35,912 bases of DNA from a virus: positions 1 through 35,912 of the IMG/VR virus record IMGVR_UViG_3300045988_044516, one strand, 5' to 3'. Under the pieces are notes generated by a model, which saw only the letters and a program-made list of their open reading frames with translations, did not search any database and was not told the origin of the DNA. Below, piece after piece: positions 32,358-35,912 of this stretch (the first letter of the stretch is position 1; each line of letters starts with the position of its first letter). Made by a program: the position numbers and the translations under genes.

Positions 32358-33992
32358 ATGGTGACACATGAATTGACGGTATTTCCGGATGGGCGCGTGG
32401 ATGGGAGCGTTTCGGCGCGGAACGGAGACTACAGGAGCCACACGCTGCACTTTGTCCTTGCCGAGGGGCTGACGGGTGCGAGCGCAAAGCTGATGGTATG
32501 GGCTCCGGGCGCGGAAAAGGCGACGGTCTACGACACGGCGAAGGGGGACGGCAGCTGCACGGGGCAGGATGTGACGGTCACGCCGGTTTTGTGGTCGGGT
32601 CCGGGCAGGACGCGGCTGCAATTAGAATTACTCAACAGCGCGGGCGATGTCGTGTGGCAGAGCAGGCAGTTTGTCGCGGTGGTAGAGGATGGGATTCCGG
32701 ATGACGCGGCGGTTCCTCCGGTGATCGATATCAGCGACGCAACATTGACGGCAGACAACGCGCCGTATGGGGCGGTATTCTACGGGGCAACCGGCCGCGC
32801 GGTGGGCAAGGTTCCGGACAACCGCACCAAGCCGCGCGGGTGGGAGGATATTCCGATTGATTCCATCCGGACGCAAACGGGTGCGGTTTATTTTCATCGC
32901 GTGGCGGATGATCTCTTCTGGGCTTGCACGCCCCGCAGTCTAGCGATTACGAATGTAGCGCTGATGCTCAGAACGCGCTCGAACGCGCTGGGCCAGATTA
33001 GCATCGTTGTCGGCGGTACTGCGTACCTGGTAAGCCCTGGAAGTACGCAGACGATTACAGGCGTAAATCTATCGAGTGCGCCGCTTGCGTTATCTATTTC
33101 GTGGAGCGGCAAGGATGGCGCAGCGCATGCAAAGGTCGTCCATGTGCAGGCAGTCGTGGCGACGTATGACCATGGTATTTTGCAGATCTCAGAAGCGGCG
33201 GTCGGCACGGGACCCGCGAATACTCCGGAAATTGTATCGCGCATGGGCGAGAACGCGGGATACGTCGAGGTTACAACGGAGGCATCTGGGGATGTGGTTC
33301 TGACGTGCGCGGACAATCGTGCGTGGGCGGTGTACCACGGGGCGCGGTATAAGGCAGATGCTTCAAGCAAACAGATCACGATTCCGAATGTGGACTTCCA
33401 CGAGGGCTTTGCAAGAATTGATATGCTCGACCCGGGGACGGGATATCGGGCGGCGTATTTCCTCATGAAAGAGCCGGGAGAAGAAGACGTTGAGACAAAA
33501 ACCTTGTTCCGCGCGGACTGCGCGATTGGTTTTCTTGCAAGCGATACAAGCATCTACGACTATGACGCAAATGGCTTCGGACCGCCGACGGCAGCAATGG
33601 CAAAATACGATGACTCTGTTCAGATCATTGATTCGGTCGGAGCGTCTTACAGCGAGGGGCCATGGCTGCCTGCCGACGTGAGTGCGTTCTATGCGGTAAA
33701 CGCAAGCGCAAATGACACACTGGACGCACAGATCACGACAGTTGCGGAAGAAAATGGTATTACCGTAGCCTTTGACGACTACGGCGGCATCGCAGAACTC
33801 GGGGACAAAACGAATCCGCTTGCGAGGGGAAGTCTCGGGCATGGCAGCCGGTGGCTGGTGTTTGTGAACGGCGTACCAGTCACAGCGCCGGGCTTTTTGA
33901 CGCATATTCCGGTCAACGCGAACATTCTGCTGGAGCTGGTATATACCTGCGCGGATGGGATCGACGTGGGATTCCCGTATGCGGGGATGTAG
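32358..33992 (+). CDS. Tail fibre / receptor-binding protein
   Basis: 544 aa and the last structural gene. The sequence is beta-rich. Confidence 0.7.
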   Translation: MVTHELTVFPDGRVDGSVSARNGDYRSHTLHFVLAEGLTGASAKLMVWAPGAEKATVYDTAKGDGSCTGQDVTVTPVLWSGPGRTRLQLELLNSAGDVVWQSRQFVAVVEDGIPDDAAVPPVIDISDATLTADNAPYGAVFYGATGRAVGKVPDNRTKPRGWEDIPIDSIRTQTGAVYFHRVADDLFWACTPRSLAITNVALMLRTRSNALGQISIVVGGTAYLVSPGSTQTITGVNLSSAPLALSISWSGKDGAAHAKVVHVQAVVATYDHGILQISEAAVGTGPANTPEIVSRMGENAGYVEVTTEASGDVVLTCADNRAWAVYHGARYKADASSKQITIPNVDFHEGFARIDMLDPGTGYRAAYFLMKEPGEEDVETKTLFRADCAIGFLASDTSIYDYDANGFGPPTAAMAKYDDSVQIIDSVGASYSEGPWLPADVSAFYAVNASANDTLDAQITTVAEENGITVAFDDYGGIAELGDKTNPLARGSLGHGSRWLVFVNGVPVTAPGFLTHIPVNANILLELVYTCADGIDVGFPYAGM

Positions 33993-34006
33993 AGCGGGCA
34001 GAGCGT

Positions 34007-34032
34007 AAAAAAGCCGCCCCATCCGGGGCGGC
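34007..34032 (-). terminator. Rho-independent terminator with minus-strand polarity
   Basis: On the minus strand: GCCGCCCC-GGAT-GGGGCGGC followed by T6 (plus-strand A6 at 34007-12). No U tract follows it on the plus strand. Confidence 0.7.
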
Positions 34033-34037
34033 GGAGA

Positions 34038-34066
34038 TAGACAAAATTTGCAGCGTATGATATGAT
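34038..34066 (+). promoter_or_regulatory. Candidate sigma-A promoter of the small-ORF transcript
   Basis: TAGACA (34038-43), 17-nt spacer, TATGAT (34061-66). Confidence 0.55.
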
Positions 34067-34141
34067 GGATACGCCCCATTCGTGGGGCGGGCGCTGCTGC
34101 ATACGGCGGTCAGTCACTTCCCTGTAAAGGGGGTGATGCTG

Positions 34142-34237
34142 ATGGGGAGCAGACCATGGGCGAAAGCCCTTCGGTTTTTGCTGCGGTTGGCTATGGTAAT
34201 ACTTATCATGCTGATTCTGTCCCAGAAGGTTTGTTGA
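34142..34237 (+). CDS. 31-aa hydrophobic peptide (type I toxin-like candidate)
   Basis: ATG lies 8 nt after AAGGGGG. The peptide is MGSRPWAKALRFLLRLAMVILIMLILSQKVC. An alternative ATG at 34136 adds 2 aa. Confidence 0.45.
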   Translation: MGSRPWAKALRFLLRLAMVILIMLILSQKVC

Positions 34238-34319
34238 CCGCCCGGAGGCACCCGAGCGGTCGACATTTCTTTGTTTTGACCTAACGGACTGACCGCCGCA
34301 GCAGCGTCCTTATATCTCC

Positions 34320-34347
34320 ATTATACCGTCCCGCTGTCAATTGTCAA
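34320..34347 (-). promoter_or_regulatory. Consensus sigma-A promoter on the minus strand
   Basis: On the minus strand: TTGACA (34347-42), 16-nt spacer, TATAAT (34325-20). It is embedded in the plus-strand terminator hairpin. Confidence 0.7.
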
Positions 34348-34366
34348 GCAGCGGGGCGGATTTTTT
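34326..34366 (+). terminator. Rho-independent terminator of the small-ORF transcript
   Basis: CCGTCCCGCTG (34326-36) pairs with CAGCGGGGCGG (34349-59) with one G-U pair, followed by A then T6 (34361-66). Confidence 0.7.
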
Positions 34367-34391
34367 GCGCCCCGGGAAAGGAGCATAAGGG

Positions 34392-34685
34392 ATGGACCTG
34401 CAGGATCTGAACGTTGCCGTCGCGGAGATCCGCGGCAACGTCGACCGGAACACCGGCCGGATCAAGGATCTCGAGAAGAAGACCGACGCCGTGGCCAAGC
34501 TGGCCGAGGCCGTCGCCGTCATGGCCGAGCACATGAAGACGCTCGACGACAAGATCGACGGCATGCAGACGAGCGTCAACAACCTCACCGCCCGTCCGGG
34601 CAAGAACTGGGACGCGCTGGTCAAGATCGTTTTGACTGCGCTCGTCACCGGCGTCATCGGCTGGGTGCTGGGCAAAATTCTGTAA
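34392..34685 (+). CDS. xhlA: XhlA-like lysis-associated membrane protein
   Basis: 97 aa. A coiled-coil N-terminus is followed by a single C-terminal TM helix (LVKIVLTALVTGVIGWVLGKIL), directly upstream of the holin. Confidence 0.8.
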   Translation: MDLQDLNVAVAEIRGNVDRNTGRIKDLEKKTDAVAKLAEAVAVMAEHMKTLDDKIDGMQTSVNNLTARPGKNWDALVKIVLTALVTGVIGWVLGKIL

Positions 34686-34727
34686 CACACGCCGCGAGGC
34701 GCGAAATTTGAAAGGAGAAAAATACTT

Positions 34728-34922
34728 ATGAACGCAAAATGGTGGAAAGCCGCGGGCATCCGCGCGATCAAGACCGTCGCCCAGACGGCGGTTGCAACCA
34801 TCGGCACGTCGGCAGTCATCTCGGAAGTGAATTGGCTCGTCGTCGCCTCCGCCTCGGCGCTGGCGGGCATTTTGTCCCTGCTGACGAGCGTCGCGGGCCT
34901 GCCGGAGGTCAAGGAGGAATGA
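34728..34922 (+). CDS. Holin
   Basis: 64 aa with two hydrophobic segments and a charged C-terminus (PEVKEE). Contains an IRAIKTVAQTAVATIG motif and overlaps the endolysin start region. Confidence 0.85.
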   Translation: MNAKWWKAAGIRAIKTVAQTAVATIGTSAVISEVNWLVVASASALAGILSLLTSVAGLPEVKEE

Positions 34923-34927
34923 AAACT

Positions 34928-35668
34928 ATGCCGCCGCAGATCGTAGACAATTTCACAAGCGTCAACATCTACCGGGGCGGCAATAAGCCGCAGTATCTGG
35001 TCATCCACTTCTTCGGGGCCCTCTCCAGCGCCTATGGCGCGTCGGAGTGGTTCAAGGCCCCGGAGGCGCAGGCGTCCGCGCATTACTGCGTGGATGAGAA
35101 GGACGTCATCTACCACTGCGTGCCGGATACCGACATGGCGTGGCACTGCGGGGCCGTGGGAGGCCTGCACTACCGGCATCCGAAGTGCCGCAACTGCAAC
35201 TCCATCGGCATTGAGCTGCGCCCGCAGAAGCTCGACAGCAGCCGCCTGAACGCAAACGACAAGGACTGGTACTTCGACCGCCGCGTCATCGAAAACGCCG
35301 TATGGCTCACCGCAAAGCTCATGCGGCAGTACAACATTCCGCTGGAGAACGTCATCCGCCACTATGACGTCACCGGAAAGATCTGCCCGGCCCCGTTCGT
35401 CGGCCCGGCGCATAACATCTACTACGGCACCTCCGGCGACCGCCAGTGGCAGGAATTCAAGGCAAGACTGCAGGAGGAGACAGCCATGAGATACGAAAAG
35501 CTGCGGGACGTCGACAATCAGACGTACCGCCAGACGCTGGACAAGCTGGTGGAGAAGGGCCTGCTCAAGGGCAAGGGCGGCACGGGCGAGGATCTGACGC
35601 TCGATCTGAGCGAGGACAACGTCCGCATGCTCGTCATCCTGGACCGCACCGGCGTCTTCGACCGCTGA
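34928..35668 (+). CDS. Endolysin, N-acetylmuramoyl-L-alanine amidase (Amidase_2/PGRP type) with C-terminal binding domain
   Basis: Contains YLVIHFFG...SAHYCVD...AWHCG...NSIGIEL...VIRHYDVTGKICP. ATG 34928 is better spaced from AAGGAGG than ATG 34919. Confidence 0.9.
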   Translation: MPPQIVDNFTSVNIYRGGNKPQYLVIHFFGALSSAYGASEWFKAPEAQASAHYCVDEKDVIYHCVPDTDMAWHCGAVGGLHYRHPKCRNCNSIGIELRPQKLDSSRLNANDKDWYFDRRVIENAVWLTAKLMRQYNIPLENVIRHYDVTGKICPAPFVGPAHNIYYGTSGDRQWQEFKARLQEETAMRYEKLRDVDNQTYRQTLDKLVEKGLLKGKGGTGEDLTLDLSEDNVRMLVILDRTGVFDR

Positions 35669-35718
35669 CCCGCCCGGGCGGCGGGCACGAAGGGAGCGAT
35701 GGACAAATCACTGCGCGT

Positions 35719-35912
35719 TTGGCTCTGCCGAAGGAGCTGGAACACCTAACGCGCAGCGACTGGGAGCGCGTCACTGACGAGGGACTTTTGGACGTGATCG
35801 ATCAGCAGATCGTGAAGCTTTATATCGTGCGCAGGCTCCCGCAGATGGACGCCGCCGCCGAGATCGGCGTCGACCGAAAAACCATCTCCCGCCGCCTGCC
35901 GCACATCTACAA
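35719..35912 (+). CDS. 5' part of the junction-spanning sigma-70 region-4-like HTH protein (continues at 1..92 on the circle)
   Basis: The open frame reads ...DWERVTDEGLLDVIDQQIVKLYIVRRLPQMDAAAEIGVDRKTISRRLPHIY. The start is uncertain: TTG 35719 has no SD, and GTG 35794 lies 9 nt after GAGGGA. Confidence 0.5.
   Translation, partial: MALPKELEHLTRSDWERVTDEGLLDVIDQQIVKLYIVRRLPQMDAAAEIGVDRKTISRRLPHIY
35858..35912. repeat. Terminal direct repeat copy 2 (identical to 1..55)
   Basis: Same 55-mer as positions 1..55. Confidence 0.95.

Larger units (their letters stand above)
34007..34313 (-). ncRNA. Predicted ~300-nt cis-antisense RNA covering the small ORF
   Basis: Bounded by the consensus minus-strand promoter (34347-34320) and the minus-strand terminator (34032-34007). 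Its only ORF (50 codons) lacks an SD. Confidence 0.45.
1..35912. mobile_element. Complete temperate siphovirus-type phage genome (HK97-like morphogenesis module), circularly closed contig
   Basis: All phage modules are present: integrase, repressor switch, early genes, HNH-TerS-TerL-portal-protease-capsid-tail, and lysis. The two ends share an identical 55 nt. Confidence 0.9.

Noticed and set aside
28879-33992. Diversity-generating retroelement targeting the tail-fibre or FN3-repeat genes.
   Set aside because: No reverse transcriptase gene and no template/variable repeat pair is visible anywhere in the genome.
33779-34117. Minus-strand ORFs (112 and 238 aa) starting in the tail-fibre/lysis spacer and running antisense into the fibre gene.
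   Set aside because: They cross a strong minus-strand terminator (34032-34007), lack an SD, and overlap the fibre gene antisense.
1-35912. CRISPR arrays, tRNA/tmRNA genes and transposase/IS elements.
   Set aside because: No regularly spaced direct repeats, no cloverleaf-compatible sequences and no transposase-like ORFs were found on reading either strand.

Overview
The window is a complete temperate siphovirus-type phage genome from a Gram-positive, Clostridia-like host. The host call rests on GGAGG-type ribosome-binding sites (SD), an XhlA/holin/amidase lysis cassette and a large serine recombinase. The first 55 nt are identical to the last 55 nt, so the contig closes into a circle of 35,857 unique bp, and one small sigma-region-4-like gene spans the junction. 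Module order: (i) 128-3974, a visibly AT-richer accessory region with two divergent operons of unknown function. (ii) 4039-8274, the lysogeny module: serine integrase, membrane-tethered XRE protein, HIRAN-like membrane protein and CI-like repressor. (iii) 8289-8399, a genetic switch with four 15-bp operator-like repeats and divergent promoters. (iv) 8431-18217, early genes: many small ORFs, DNA methyltransferase, PAPS-reductase-like protein, DUF551, ASCH, DUF1064, MazG-like and a HUH Rep-like protein. (v) 18268-33992, the late module: RinA-like activator, HNH, TerS, TerL, portal, ClpP-like protease, HK97 capsid, connectors, major tail, G/GT chaperone with an A-AAA-AAC slippery site, tape measure, Dit-like, Tal-like and fibre. 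(vi) 34392-35668, the lysis cassette. The most unusual loci are: a self-contained convergent sense/antisense unit around a 31-codon hydrophobic ORF (34007-34366, type I toxin-antitoxin-like); a ~350-bp hairpin-dense non-coding island (15734-16080); a HUH Rep-like protein as the only visible replication function; and the two unannotatable accessory operons. All protein calls come from reading the supplied translations for motifs. No database search was possible.
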